From assembly GCA_049724395.1 (NCBI GenBank), contig JAUGWO010000095.1:1-64000 (forward strand): a DNA stretch of 64,000 nt, given 5' to 3'. This stretch comes from Spongospora subterranea f. sp. subterranea (lineage: Eukaryota). This document shows, one piece after another, positions 14,200 to 27,173 of this stretch. Position 1 is the first letter of the stretch. Every line of letters starts with the position of its first letter. Made by a program: the position numbers and the translations under genes. The notes beneath the pieces are model-generated. The model was not told the origin of the DNA and made no database searches. It saw nothing but the letters and a program-made list of their open reading frames with translations.

Positions 14200-14977
14200 G
14201 TATGGGACGTGGTTTCCACTGTATCTTCTGCCGACAATGTGGCCACCGCTCACCGTTCCTAATGAAGACGATGGATGTCATCCCGTTATGTTCGTGTCCT
14301 GACTTTGCGTGTTGTCGAATCCCATGTCGACACATTGCTGCCGTTTGCTCTGCGATGAACGTCGATCCCATGGATGTCAAGTATCTGACTCCCCGATGGC
14401 GTCTTGATCAACACCCGTTATGGCAAATTGCATACTGCCGCGTCAACCCGAACATATCGCCTCTGACTAACGCCATCTTCAATGTAGGCAAACGGCAGTT
14501 GTGCCGTCTGTCTACGATGGCGCATATGCCCAAATCACAGTGCCAGAGGTGAACTTCCATTACCGCCATTTAATGCAAGCCGCCAAGGAAATCGTTCAAG
14601 TCGGGCAGACCAGTGTCGCTGCATTCAAACGGACAATTATGGCCTTCAACGCTCTAGGTATCGACTTGAAAGAACCAGTGCCAGTCGAATCATCTATCGA
14701 AGCGGTGCCGTCTGGTTTTGCCAGTATTCGAGCGCCGATTGCCAAAAGTGTCAAGAAGCACGAGCGGCGATCGAACGACGAACTCGTAAATCGGTCAGCT
14801 CTACAAACTCGGCATTCAACCAAGAAGGCAAGACACTGCAAAACCTGTAAAGAGCACGGATTGACGGCCAAGGATCACCGTTCAGGTGGCCGGTGTCCTT
14901 TTTGGGTAAAACCGGTGCAGCAATTCATTAAGACCGCAACACATTGTGGAAGTCGTCGCAGGCTGTTCGTCCGATGA
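14200..14977 (+). mobile_element. C-terminal SWIM/zinc-knuckle fragment of a MULE transposase
   Basis: CSCPDFACCRIPCRHI, LTPRWRLDQHPLW (compare LAPRWRLDRHPLY in ORF 6132-6674) and CKTC...HRSGGRCP. Confidence 0.75.
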
Positions 14978-15305
14978 CACCTGCTCAGAATCGAACAATT
15001 CTCCACTGATACAGCGCTTTGCTGACTGAGGTTCCACGAACCAAAGCAGATCGCAGTTCTGACGAGGACATTATTGTCTTCATGGCTGCGAATGCATTGT
15101 TACACAATGAATAAATACATTTTACAAATCAAACATTCAATTTCTCTGTGCAAATCGTTTTTCTTAATGCGGAAGGTGCAGTGTCAGGGGCGACTATTTA
15201 CATTTATTGTGTAACTGCATCGCATTTGCCGCCATGAAGTCAATGATATTCTCGTCTGAGCTGCGATACCTCCGCCAGAACGCGCTGTATCAATGCGGAA
15301 GTGTC

Positions 15306-15537
15306 TTTTGCCCACGCGTGGACTATCCACGCGTGGACAGTCCACCCAAAAATAACTGGAGGTGCAATTATGGGACCAATGGAGGTGCCCGGCACCTTCA
15401 CGGAAGCGCCTCAGGCACCTCCATGAAAGTGCCCGGCACCTCCATGGAAGCGCCCCAGGCACCTTCATGGAGGTGCCTCCTGCCGGGCAGTACTGCTTTT
15501 GTCCACGCGTGGACTATCCACGCGTGGACAGTCCACT
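15306..15537. repeat. Palindrome-rich repeat cassette (MITE or transposon-end like)
   Basis: ccacgcgtggactatccacgcgtggacagtcca occurs at ~15312 and ~15503, flanking tandem ggcacc(t/c)ccatgga-type ~17-18-bp units. Confidence 0.7.
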
Positions 15538-15797
15538 CAAAGTTCAACACATTTTCACTTCAAGACAACGACTCGTCACACAGGCTACCGGCGGGCAGAA
15601 AGATTTCCCGATGCACATGAGGCATATTTTCGTGTAGTTGATCTGTTTCCTACGGTACCAAAACGCCATAACGCGCCCAAAATGGCATTTTGGAAATGGA
15701 GTTCTAACCTCTGACCTCCATTTTGGCTCCATAACTGCGCAGCCATGGTTGATGATCTTGCGTTCCCCTTATCTTTTACCCTGGTCTATACAGGGCT

Positions 15798-16995
15798 GTG
15801 CAACATGTTATCAAGGAGCCCTGTTGCACTTCCAATCTCTCCGGCAAGTCTCGGGTTACCGAACTGCTGCATGGTAATGCACGTCGTTTCCAAAATCAGA
15901 TGAGGATGCAGCGAGAAACCTTTTTGACTATTATTCACATCAGCCTGTTGGAGAAAGGTGTCTTGGGACCGAATCGCCATGTATCGGTAGAACAAACTTG
16001 CCATATTCTTTTTGTTGTCGGACAAAATGCCTCAAATCGCCAAACGCTAGAAAGGTTTCAGCGAAGCGGGTGGACCATCACAAAATGTTTCAACGAATCA
16101 GTCAATGCGTTGATCGCAATCCTGAAATATTTCGCTTGCCGGCACTCCAGTGCCCCGCAGACACTAAGCAAGATTCGAAAATGTATCCCTATTTTCAAGA
16201 TTGTATCGGGGCCATTGATGGAACTCATATTCCGTGAACTCCTGTTCGAGGCTGAGCGAGACCCTTCCGCAACCGAAAAGGCTATTATAGTCAAAATATC
16301 CTGGCGGCATGCACTTTGCGATTTACATTTTGTCTCGCGGGGTGGGAGGATCGGCATCCGAAGGTGGTGTCTTCGCAGATGCGTATTTCCATAAAGGCTT
16401 TGCGATCCCGCCAGGTAACTACTACTCAGGAGATGCCGGATATGCACTGAAAAGCACTGTTCTAACTCCATATCGCGGTATGCGATATCACCTTCGCGAA
16501 TGGTCTTTAGGTAACCAGCGTCCGCAAAACCACAAGGAATTGTACGACCTCAGGCACACACAACAACGAAACGCAATTGAGCGTATATTTGGTGTTTTGA
16601 AAAAGAGGTATCCGATGCTTAGGGCCACTCCTGAGCATCCATATGCCACGCAGGTAAAGCTCGTCTATGCGCTTTTTGCCGTTCAAAATATTATCATGAA
16701 TCATGAAAGCGATTATTTCTTCATGGACCATGCCGACGATGACCTTGAGCGTCGCATCGAAATAATTGTTCAGGTGACATTGAACGCGATACAGACGAAC
16801 AAGCAGCACGAGCCATGCGCGATATCATTTGCCAAAAACAATACTACAATGTATCGCGACAATTATAGACTGTATTACAAGTTGTTGGGCGCGGCAACCC
16901 CAGTTGTAAATGAAGTGACTCCTGGACCCATTTTTCGAATGAAAGCGCTGAGATCAAATCGTGCCTTTGAGATCGAAGCCAACCTCGAAAGTTAA
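15798..16995 (+). mobile_element. PIF/Harbinger (HARBI1-like) transposase, frameshifted
   Basis: RFQNQMRMQRETF, ERFQRSGWTI, FQDCIGAIDGTHIP, YYSGDAGY..LTPYRGMRYHLREW, RH..RNAIERIFGVLKKRYPML. Confidence 0.9.
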
Positions 16996-19120
16996 TGACA
17001 ATCTTCGTCGCGAATAAACGATTTTACCTTGAAGTGCAAACCTTGGCTATGGTCGGGCAATCTCTGCATTCTAAAAATTCCGCCAAATTTTCTGATAGTT
17101 CTACTGTGCCAAGTAGCAGTTAAATTTGAAATACATTTGCTGCTGATGCGGACGATGATCTTGTTCTCGAGAGGAAGTATGTCATGAGGAAAGTCAGTCA
17201 TCTGACAACGAAAGCTACGTCATTTGCAATTGATCACGATGTCGTCGTAGCCGTTAATGCTAACACCCCAACGTTAACTGTCAAGCTCGTATTAACTTAG
17301 TCGTAAACGTGTTTTTGTTCTGGAGAGCCCTAGAACAAGTCCTAGGAAGTATTTTTCGATGCTTTGATACCTTAGGAGATCATATTTTGTCACGTGAGCA
17401 AGCCGTTTTCGTCTTTGCTGTTTTTCGACACTAACGGAAGTCGCTGTAACAGATGTAATGTGGTTGGTATTGTCTATAGAAGATTCGTCCACTGCTTCCG
17501 AAGATTCCGCTTCAAGAACTTCGGCGACAATGTCAGCTGTTGCACTTCTCGGTTTGAACCAATTGGTAATTTTAAGGACGTTTGCGACCGCGTTGATACG
17601 AGCTTGACGCTCTTTTTGTCGCCGCCGCCGAGTTGTGTCGCTGTCACTGGAAAACACGGGCCGAGATGGGATCCAGCACCTTTTTCCAAATTGAGGTGTC
17701 AGCATCAACGGCTACGACGTCATCATGATCATCGCAAATAACGTAGCTTTCGGGCGGATGACTGACTATCTTCATGACAAACATCCTGATTGGCAATGAT
17801 GGCAGGGATGCGTTTTAGATTTTGGTTATTTCTAGCTTTGGCCTGCTGCTTCCGTCGAGAATTCTTGGGAGCGAGTTCAATTCTGGGGATCACTCGCGGC
17901 TTACATTGTAAGACGTAACAGCATGGGGGTTGCCTTATATACCTTTCGTGAGCTTACTTCCCCCCTGACTGGAATTCTTCGTCTCACTCTGTCTTTCTCT
18001 CTTTGTTCGTCTCTCATCTTTTTGTTCACCAGTCACAGGAAAATTTAAGTAAGTTGCACGGGGGCTGGAAGGTCATGGGGGCGCATCTAAACGGGGGATA
18101 CAGTCATAATCCGAAATATAACGACCCGAGAATGATGGCCTTGTGCCATCATAGTACTTTTCAAGTCAGGTGGTAACTGTGTATCTCGGGCGCAGTTCCT
18201 AACAGTTTTGTTCCCAAGAATTTTCGATGGAAGCAGCTGGACCAAGCTGCACCTATTCGTACCGTTGTCAACAGTTTGATGATTTTGAGTCCGGACTGCG
18301 CAGTAAAATTTGCGATTATTTGGGCAGGTCCTGTATTTCATCATTCAGGCCCCGACGGAAAGCATGCTGCGCTGCACGCTCGTCCCAGCCTGCGTCGGCA
18401 AAATGTCGGCAACTAGTTGTTGGACATGGGAGGGCTAGGCTGTCACTGTTCGTCGCCCTTGTCGTGTCGTCGATAACATGCGCGCAGCAGAGTCCGCCCG
18501 ATTTGGATCGTCAATCGTTGGCGGAATATATATAGGAACTGTCGGAAGTGATCAAATAAGGCTGTGTCCTGGGCCTCGATGTATGGGTTGAACCATTTAA
18601 TGGCTAATCATGTTAGAAGACTACTAATCAGTAAAATTCGCGAAGTTTCAGTGGAATAGGTGAAGGATTGTTGGTCTGAATGACAAGCAGAATTTGATTG
18701 ATAAGGCCTCTGACCGACACGCGCCTTCGGTTCTTGGGGGGGGGGGGTTTGGACTACGATTGGGCGGCACTTGATTCTATCGCTCGAATTTGTTCCCGGA
18801 GCTGAAGCTGTTCTTGTTGGATGGTTTTAGATGATGCGTTGCAGTTGTAATATGATTTCGGTCGTGGCAATGGTGTGGCCCAGGCTAGCTGAATTGTCGG
18901 GCTCGTGTCGTTGCATGTCGGAAAGGGATCGAATTATACTGTCAGGAACTGGGAGGACGAAGATAAAACGGGAATAATGGGCAAGGCGACGACGAAACGA
19001 GTTTCAAACGATATTTCGATCGATCGTAGCACATGTAACATAGCCGATGTGAGGGTATCGAGTATGTCACAGGTTGATCTCACCCGGCTGATGTGGGGCC
19101 CTGACAGTTATCCTCATTTG

Positions 19121-21961
19121 ACAGCCGCCGTGTAAGCAACTTGCCAGAACACATTTATAGTGGGATCGGCGACTACATGGCGTGATAGACAGATCATGGA
19201 TCTTGGTTGACCAAACACACAAATACCATCATCCTTTCGCAATTGATAAAAAAAAAAGGTTTCCAATTTTTGAACAAGCACAACGATTTTGACGCTTACA
19301 GTGTTCTGAGAATGACGATTCATTCCAAGCCCTCCAGGAATGATTGGTCATGATAGCTTTTAAGGTCATAATTCTTTACCGTTTGAGAGTTTTTTTATGA
19401 AATTCCGCGACATGCCTTGTATTTGGTGAATTCCGTCTGTTGCAACCATGTCAACGAGGAACTGCTCGTAATCATTCGATTTTCCAGCCGATAATTCTTA
19501 GGTCCGATCAGGCCGCTAAGAGTGTACCTCTCCCCGATCGCGTTCTTGAATGTGCCATGTTTTCCGGCGAGGTCAAATCACTGCCGTACCGTCCTCAAGA
19601 CAACCTGAACCGGTACAGTTCGGCTCATCCTTGAACATCGAGAGTTTATTACGACAAAAATGCTGAGCAGACTCTTTTCAAATGCGACAATTAGGGACTG
19701 TTTGTGGCGATTGTGAGATTCCCTCCTTTTCCCCTGGTGTAATTGTTGAAAGTGCCCCTTTCGTCACCCAATCGGATTTTGTTGTTCGAACCTGCTGGCG
19801 CTGATGAGATGAGTGTTTGGGTCGAAACATGTGCACCATTAGGGTGAGTTTAAGATATCCCACACCACTTGTGACTCCCCACATCACATTCCATCCATCG
19901 AGTGTACGAGCTATCGGTGTCGCCATGGTCAGTATGCCCAGCGATTGGATCAACAAGCTAATCCCGATCCCGATCGCACAATACGATAACCGCTGGAGCA
20001 GATTGTCCATATGTGATTTCACAGGGCGGGCATTATCTCGTAAACCTTTCGACACTTTCCGACACTCAATCTGAAATCCAATCGCACCCGACAGGAAATT
20101 GAACCCCAGGACGACTCCGACAGTCAGGAAGACCAGGCTGACGATTACGTCGAATACAGGAAACGCGGTCTGAAAATACGTCGCGTATAAAGAGCTCACC
20201 ACTATATCCAACGAGAAGACAAGGAGGCACAATAAGGCGGTTGACAAACTGCTGTCGCCACGAAGGAATCTCGTCCAGAGGCTTGCGGGTCGACCGAGTT
20301 CTTGGACTTTACTATTCCAAAAGGCGGACGAGACGATCGAGATGACATGATGACTGCCACTGTTCTGCGTCACAAAGAACAGGGCTACACGGGCAGGGAG
20401 ATAGGCTGTCGAGAAGTACCCACCGACGGCCAGTACTGGCCCCATCACGGAGGCGTGCAGAAGGGCGACCAATAGCGCCACTTGAGGATACCCCAAGCGT
20501 CCCCAGAGAAACCGTACGAACCGGGAGGGTGATCGATTACATTGTGTAATGTTGTTCAGATATTCGCGATTGATAGCCTGATAATGGCCGTATAGAAACA
20601 CGGAGCATGTGATCCAGATCTGGAATATGAGAATGGACGGGATCCATCGCACGAAGATCTGGTATTTCCAGGACTCGAATCGCTCCTGCCAGATATTATA
20701 GTCGGGGAATATGGTCACAACGCAACCAGGATCGTCGGCGACGGCGTTGACAAGATCTGGGGAATCCTGCAGGACCATGAAGGGAACATCGGATGTGTTG
20801 GGCAAGCATTCGGGACAGTAATCCCAAAGATTCAAATTTATGCTCGGAGGGAATGGAGAAAATACTACAAAATCAGTTAGACATGTTCTAACGATAATCG
20901 GGAGCACTGCGCCAACCTATAATCCCGGCGGCCCCTTTCCTGAGAAACAAATCGTTGACCTTGTCTGCAGAGCATCCGGACCACTTTTTCACCATCACCA
21001 CTGACCCGATGATAGCGGTCGCGTCGATATGGTCGTCGTTGCACGGATCTTTGTCGAACAGAATCATTCTGGCGGTGATCGGGTTGATTTGGTCATCGTA
21101 CTGAGTGCCGATGAACCTGTTGAACGATGTGCTGTACAGGTTGAGCCCCGAGGATGTTCCATTAATGAAGGTGATACCGGCTCGGCTGGTTCCAGTTAAT
21201 ACAATGGCCACAATCGCAAAAGGAACTACCATTTGGATTGAGCAGCTCATCGAAATTGTGTTCTGGCGGTGTTTCGATGGTACAGTTACCAGATATCGAA
21301 ATCATTCTCTTATCAAGGGGGTACGCCTTACCAGTACTCTCAACAATGCTTTATCCCATCTAAACCGAATATCCCGAGCAACCGCAATGGGTACAGGATC
21401 GGGAAATCCGAACGCTCTATAGTTGAATTAGCAGATCTGGATGTTGAATTTGGAGATTCCGACTCACGAGCGATATAGTGGAGAATTTGTGATTATGCTA
21501 AAAAGGATCGCACCGTAAACAATTGGCAGGATTTCTTGCGGTCGCAAACAGCTCTGTATCGCAGTCAGGCATCATTCCTTGGTTAGAAACTTGATGTGCA
21601 CCCAGTTGACAAGGTCGTCAATATACAGGCAAGGTGTTTTCAACCTATTCTATGGTCCCTTACAGGTTGTTAAACATCACTGCACATTAATATCAAATAT
21701 AGAATCCAAGGACATGACGGCTCAACAGGCTTCAGTCAGATATTACACTCGGCAATTTCGTGTTTGTTTTGGTGATCAACTGCTGTTCGGGCACTGCTTG
21801 TTCTACTCAGCAACATGTTGCAGCTTGGTTCCTGTCTGTCTCGGTTGGTGACAAGAAGGTCCAAATGAGTGTAAGAAATGTCTTTAAGACGCTGTGTGAT
21901 GCCATTTTGAGAGTCCCTCAAGGTTGTGTCGAAAAAGGAAATTGGAGTAGGTTGAGCACGA
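19121..21961. repeat. Segmental duplication, copy B (matches ~2231-4953)
   Basis: Colinear similarity with copy A, with about 90 bp of extra sequence near 21650-21745. Confidence 0.9.
19678..21250 (-). CDS. Signal peptide-PA domain-7TM protein, copy 2 (intact, ~506 aa)
   Basis: Exon 1 21250-20917, 52-nt GT-AG intron 20916-20865, exon 2 20864-19678; spliced length 1521 nt, in frame. Hydrophobic N-terminus, GSVVMVKKWSGCS..K..GAAGII PA-like motif, seven hydrophobic segments. Confidence 0.85.
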
Positions 21962-22003
21962 GGCAGGTCCAATTTCACACTGTTCGATAAGGACAGATGA
22001 TGT

Positions 22004-22602
22004 TGCGGAATCAAGCTGGCCTTACAGGTTGGTTCAGTGGATACACGTAGCGGCTCCAGCCACCGTCAAAGAGATGTTGGAATAAGGAATATGAGCTGTA
22101 GACAGTGTAAAATATAGTCGTGTTTTGAACCCGCTCAGAGGAAGGCAATGACAGGGGTCGACCTTTGTAGTTAAATTCAACCTGTAAAATATTGAAATCT
22201 GTGGATACGACGTTAACAACCTAATGAGACTGTACAATAAGATCATCATCATGCACGTGATCTTGGATTCCTGGTTGCTACATGTATCCACTGAACCCAA
22301 CCTGCAAGGCCAGCTTGATTCCGCAATGTCGGAACTCAGACGTGCCAAGAATGCCAGGCGGAATCAAGCTGGCCTTACAGGTTGGTTCAGTAAATACATG
22401 AAGCGGCTCCAGAACCACGTGCACCTTTGTAGAAATACGGAAATAGAGCTGTAGACAGTGCAGAATATGGTCGGTATGTGAACCGGCTCACAGGAAGTCA
22501 ATGACTTGGGTCGACCTAATTGATACTCCTGCTGTAAAATAATGGAATCTGTCAATACGACGTTCACAACCTAATGAGACTGTACAATCCGATCATCATC
22601 AT
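22004..22602. repeat. ~250-bp direct repeat (22004-22253 vs 22357-22602)
   Basis: Both copies start gcggaatcaagctggccttacaggttggttcagt and end acaacctaatgagactgtacaat..gatcatcatcatg. Confidence 0.85.
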
Positions 22603-22648
22603 GGGCGCCCCTAAAAACGAAGGCCGAAATGACTAAAAGTTGTCATAT

Positions 22649-24000
22649 ATGAAGGGGAATTGTTCCTGCAGATGGTTTGTGCAGTAATTTTTAGTGTTTG
22701 CTCAGCGGGTGTCACCTTCATCAATGGCTCTTTAACAGGTCTCATCCTGTACAGCACCTCATACACCGAGTTTATTGGGACACAATTTGAGGACCATATC
22801 GACCCAATAGTGGGTCGTTTACGGGTGTTTGAAGGTGATCCCTGTGATAGGGACCAAATAAACGAAGACAATTTTAGGGGTTTCATTGTGTTGGTCAAGA
22901 ATTCATGGTCATATTCTGCAGAGATTGTCAATGACAACTTCGTCAGGAATAGCGCAATAGCGATTATGGGTCAGTATCACTACTGGTATTCGCTCATCTC
23001 ACCGGTTCTGAATATGTTTTAGTTTTCTTCCTTGGACACCGAGCATCGGATAAACTTTAGGGACACCTGTTCTAGTTGTTTGGCCCACCGATCAGATATT
23101 CCCTTTATGATTCTACAGGATTCAATGAACTGGTCGACGCTGTTCGTGATGATCCCAGCACCACCATCTCTCTATTTCCCGATAATAATATCTGAGAGGC
23201 CGCCTCTCGTCGTGGAATTACCAGTTATTTACCAGATGGCTTCCTGCCAATATAAATTGTCAGGCATCGGTCAACATTCATTCACCAGCATTATGTGCTG
23301 AACTGCGATCGTTATCGAGATACTGTTTTTTGTAATGGTGGTAGTTGGGATGGGTTTATGTGGTTTACGTTGAGTAAAGTTGCGTTATCCTCATTTGGCA
23401 TTGTGTATCGCCATGTGTCATAGTGCACTAATGTCATTCATCCTTGGTGTCGGGGGTCACTTCTCAAGATCAAAATTTTCCTGCCCCAATTATGCTCTTT
23501 TTTATCAATCAAAACCCTGGCATGGCGTTTGTTGTCACCATTATATCATCGGCTTTTTGGAATCGCCAGTTGACCAAAATCTTAAACAATTCAAATTGTT
23601 CATGGAAGACAAGATTTTCGGGGCGACAATAGGACATGTACATTCTCGTCTTTCTCGTACTCATTCTCAATTATCTGGTCGCGATATTGAACATCATTTA
23701 CGTTCAGGGCGATTATCCGCTACTCAGCATGTTCACCGGAGTCCTGTACTATTTTTTCGAGATTCTTCTTGGGTTTCAGTTCCTGTGGGGCGCAATTCAC
23801 TTTCACATGGAATGCAGAGAGGTTTCCATCGATGTGCCCAAACTATCAGCCCGAATCGGACGATTATGGATCGTTTACTCCAGCGGCTGTCGTACTGTGA
23901 TCTTGGCATTGTCATTACCATGTTGGTGGAACTTTTACCAGTTTCTATTTTGATATCACCAGAATTTCATGTCTCGAAAGGATGGGCAACTCTCTGGAGT
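22649..24000 (+). pseudogene. PA-7TM copy 3, inverted, multiple frameshifts, truncated in TM7
   Basis: AGVTFINGSLTGLILYSTSYTEFIGTQFEDHIDPI, intron ~22970-23022, AHRSDIPFM, IISSAFWN and RLSYC spread over shifting frames; ends at GWATLWS. Confidence 0.85.
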
Positions 24001-24094
24001 ACACGATAGTGTCGTGTAGTGTATCTATGACGACTTGCGCAATTTTGAGAAAGTGAATCCAAAACTTAACAAAATGTTCACAAAATAAGGCCAC

Positions 24095-27000
24095 AGTCAG
24101 AAATAGTTCTAGGGGTTTTGGCTACCATTAGTCGTGAATAGTCACGTCAGAAATAGTCCTAGGGGTTTTGGCTACCAATCGTGAATAGTCACGAATAGTT
24201 CTAGAGAGTCGTAAATACGCCAAAAGTCGCAAATAGTCTGTCATAGTCAGAAATAGTCCTAGGGGTTTTGGCTACCATTAGTCGTGAATAGTCACGAATA
24301 GTTCTAGAGAGTCGTAAATACGCAAAAGTCGCAAATAGTCTGTCATAGTCAGAAATAGTCCTAGTACCATTAGTCGTGAATAGTCACGAATAGTTCTGGT
24401 CGTAAATACGCAAAAGTCGCAAATAGTCTGTCATAGTCAGAAATAGTCCTAGGGGTTTTGGCTACCATTAGTCTTGAATAGTCACGAATAGTTCTAGAGA
24501 GTCGGAAATACGCAAAAGTCGTACCAATAGTTCTAGAGAGTCGTAAATACGCAAAAGTCGCAAATAGTCCGTCATAGTCAGAAATAGTCCTAGGGGTTTT
24601 GGCTACCATTAGTCACGAATAGTTCTAGAGAGTCGTAAATACGCAAAAGTCGCAAATAGTCTGTCATAGTCAGAAATAGTCCTAGGGGTTTTGGCTACCA
24701 TTAGTCTTGAATAGTCACGAATAGTTCTAGAGAGTCGTAAATACGCAAAAGTCGCAAATAGTCTGTCATAGTCAGAAATAGTCCTAGGGGTTTTGGCTAC
24801 CATTAGTCGTGAATAGTCACGAATAGTTCTAGAGAGTCGTAAATACGCAAAAGTCGCAAATAGTCTGTCATAGTCAGAAATAGTCCTAGGGGTTTTGGCT
24901 ACCATAGTCGTAAATAGTCAAATAGTCTAGAGAGAGTCTTTGGCTACCATTAGTCGTGAATAGTCACGAATAGTTCTAGAGAGTCGTAAATACGCAAAAG
25001 TCGCAAATAGTCTGTCATAGTCAGAAATAGTCCTAGGGGTTTTGGCTACCATTAGTCGTGAATAGTCACGAATTACGCAAAAGTCGCAAATAGTCTGTCA
25101 TAGTCATCGTGAATAGTCACGAATAGTTCTAGAGAGTCGTAAATACGCAAAAGTCGCAAATAATCTGTCATAGTCAGAAATAGTCCTAGGGGTTTTGGCT
25201 ACCATTAGTCGTGAATAGTCACGAATAGTTCTAGAGAGTCGTAAATACGCAAAAGTCGCAAATAGTCTGTCATAGTCAGAAATAGTCCTAGGGGTTTTGC
25301 TACCATTAGTCGTGAATAGTCACGAATAGTTTAGAGAGTCGTAAATACGCAAAAGTCGCAAATAGTCTGTCATAGTCAGATAGTCCTAGGGGTTTTGGTC
25401 ATTAGTCGTGAATAGTAGTTCTAGAGAGTCGTAAATACGCAAAAGTCGCAAATGTCTGTCATAGTCAGAAATAGTCCTAGGGGTTTTGGCTACCATTAGT
25501 CTTGAATAGTCACGAATAGTTCTAGTCGTAAATACGCAAAAGTCGCAAATAGTCTGTCATAGTCAGAAATAGTCCTAGGGGTTTTGGCTACCATTATTCG
25601 TGAATAGTCACGAATAGTTCTAGAGAGTCGTAAATACGCAAAAGTCGCAAATAGTCTGTCATAGTCAGAAATAGTCCTAGGGGTTTTGGCTACCATTATT
25701 CGTGAATAGTCACGAATAGTTCTAGAGAGTCGTAAATACGCAAAAGTCGCAAATAATCTGTCATAGTCAGAAATAGTCCTAGGGTGTCACGAATAGTTTT
25801 GGCTACCATTAGTCGTGAATAGTCACGAATAGTTCTAGAGAGTCGTAAATACGCAAAAGTCGCAAATAGTCTGTCATAGTCATAGTCAGAAATAGTCCTA
25901 GTACCATTAGTCGTGAATAGTCACGAATAGTTCTAGAGAGTCGTAAATACGCAAAAGTCGCAAATAGTCTGTCATAGTCAGAAATAGTCCTAGCTACCAT
26001 TAGTCGTGAATAGTCACGAATAGTTCTAGAGAGTCGTAAATACGCAAAAGTCGCAAATAGTCTGTCATAGTCAGAAATAGTCCTAGGGGTTTTGGCTACC
26101 ATTAGTCGTGAATAGTAGTCGTAAATACGCAAAAGTCGCAAATAGTCTGTCGTGAATAGTCACGAATAGTTCTAGAGAGTCGTAAATACGCAAAAGTCGC
26201 AAATAGTCTGTCATAGTCAGAAATAGTCCTAACCATTAGTCGTGAATAGTCACAAGAAGTCGTAAATACGCAAAAGTCGCAAATAGTCTGTCATAGTCAG
26301 AAATAGTCCTAGGGGTTTTGGCTACCATTAGTCGTGAATAGTCACGAATAGTTCTAGAGAGTAAATACGCAAAAGTCGCAAATAGTCTGTCATAGTCAGA
26401 AATAGTCCTAGGGGTTTTGGCTACCATTAGTCGTGAATAGTCACGAATAGTTCTAGAGAGTCGTAAATACGCAAAAGTCGCAAATAGTCTGTCATAGTCA
26501 GAAATAGTCCTAGGGGTTTTGGCTACCATTAGTCGTGAATAGTCACGAATAGTTCTAGAGAGTCGTAAATACGCAAAAGTCGCAAATAGTCTGTCATAGT
26601 CAGAAATAGTCCTAGGGGTTTTGGCTACCATCTGTCATAGTCAGAAATATAGGGGTTTTGGCTACCAGTCGTGAATAGTCACGAATAGTTCTAGAGAGTC
26701 GTAAATACGCAAAAGTCGTCAGAAATAGTCCTAGGGGTTTTGGCTCATTAGTCGTGAATAGTCACGAATAGTTCTAGAGAGTCGTAAATACGTAAAAGTC
26801 GCAAATAATCTGTCATAGTCAGAAATATAGTTTTGGCTACCATTAGTCGTGAATAGTCACGAATAGTTCTAGAGAGTCGTAAATACGCAAAAGTCGCAAA
26901 TAGTCTGTCATAGTCAGAAATAGTCCTAGGGGTTTTGGCTACCATTAGTCGTGAATAGTCACGAATAGTTCTAGAGAGTCGTAAATCGCAAAATCGCAAA

Positions 27001-27173
27001 TAATCTGTCATAGTCAGAAATAGTCCTAGGGGTTTTGGCTACCATTAAATAGTCACTAGTTCTAGAGAGTTAAATACGCAAAAGTCGCAAATAATCTGTG
27101 TCAGAAAATAGGGGCTCATAGTCATAGTCAGAAATAGTCGTAGGGGTCTGAGTCGTAAATACGCAAAAGTCGC
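24095..27173. repeat. Satellite array, 102-bp unit, roughly 30 copies
   Basis: Unit tagtcgtgaatagtcacgaatagttctagagagtcgtaaatacgcaaaagtcgcaaatagtctgtcatagtcagaaatagtcctaggggttttggctaccat, with many internal deletions. Confidence 0.97.

Noticed and set aside
17292..17708. Possible N-terminal fragment of a Tc1-like transposase
   Set aside because: Only a vague resemblance and no catalytic motifs.
24095..27173. CRISPR array or repeat-protein gene
   Set aside because: No unique spacers, only head-to-tail units, in a eukaryotic context. Frequent frame-breaking indels argue against protein coding.
24095..27173. Telomeric repeat (taggggtttt within the unit)
   Set aside because: Occurs once per 102-bp unit and never in tandem.
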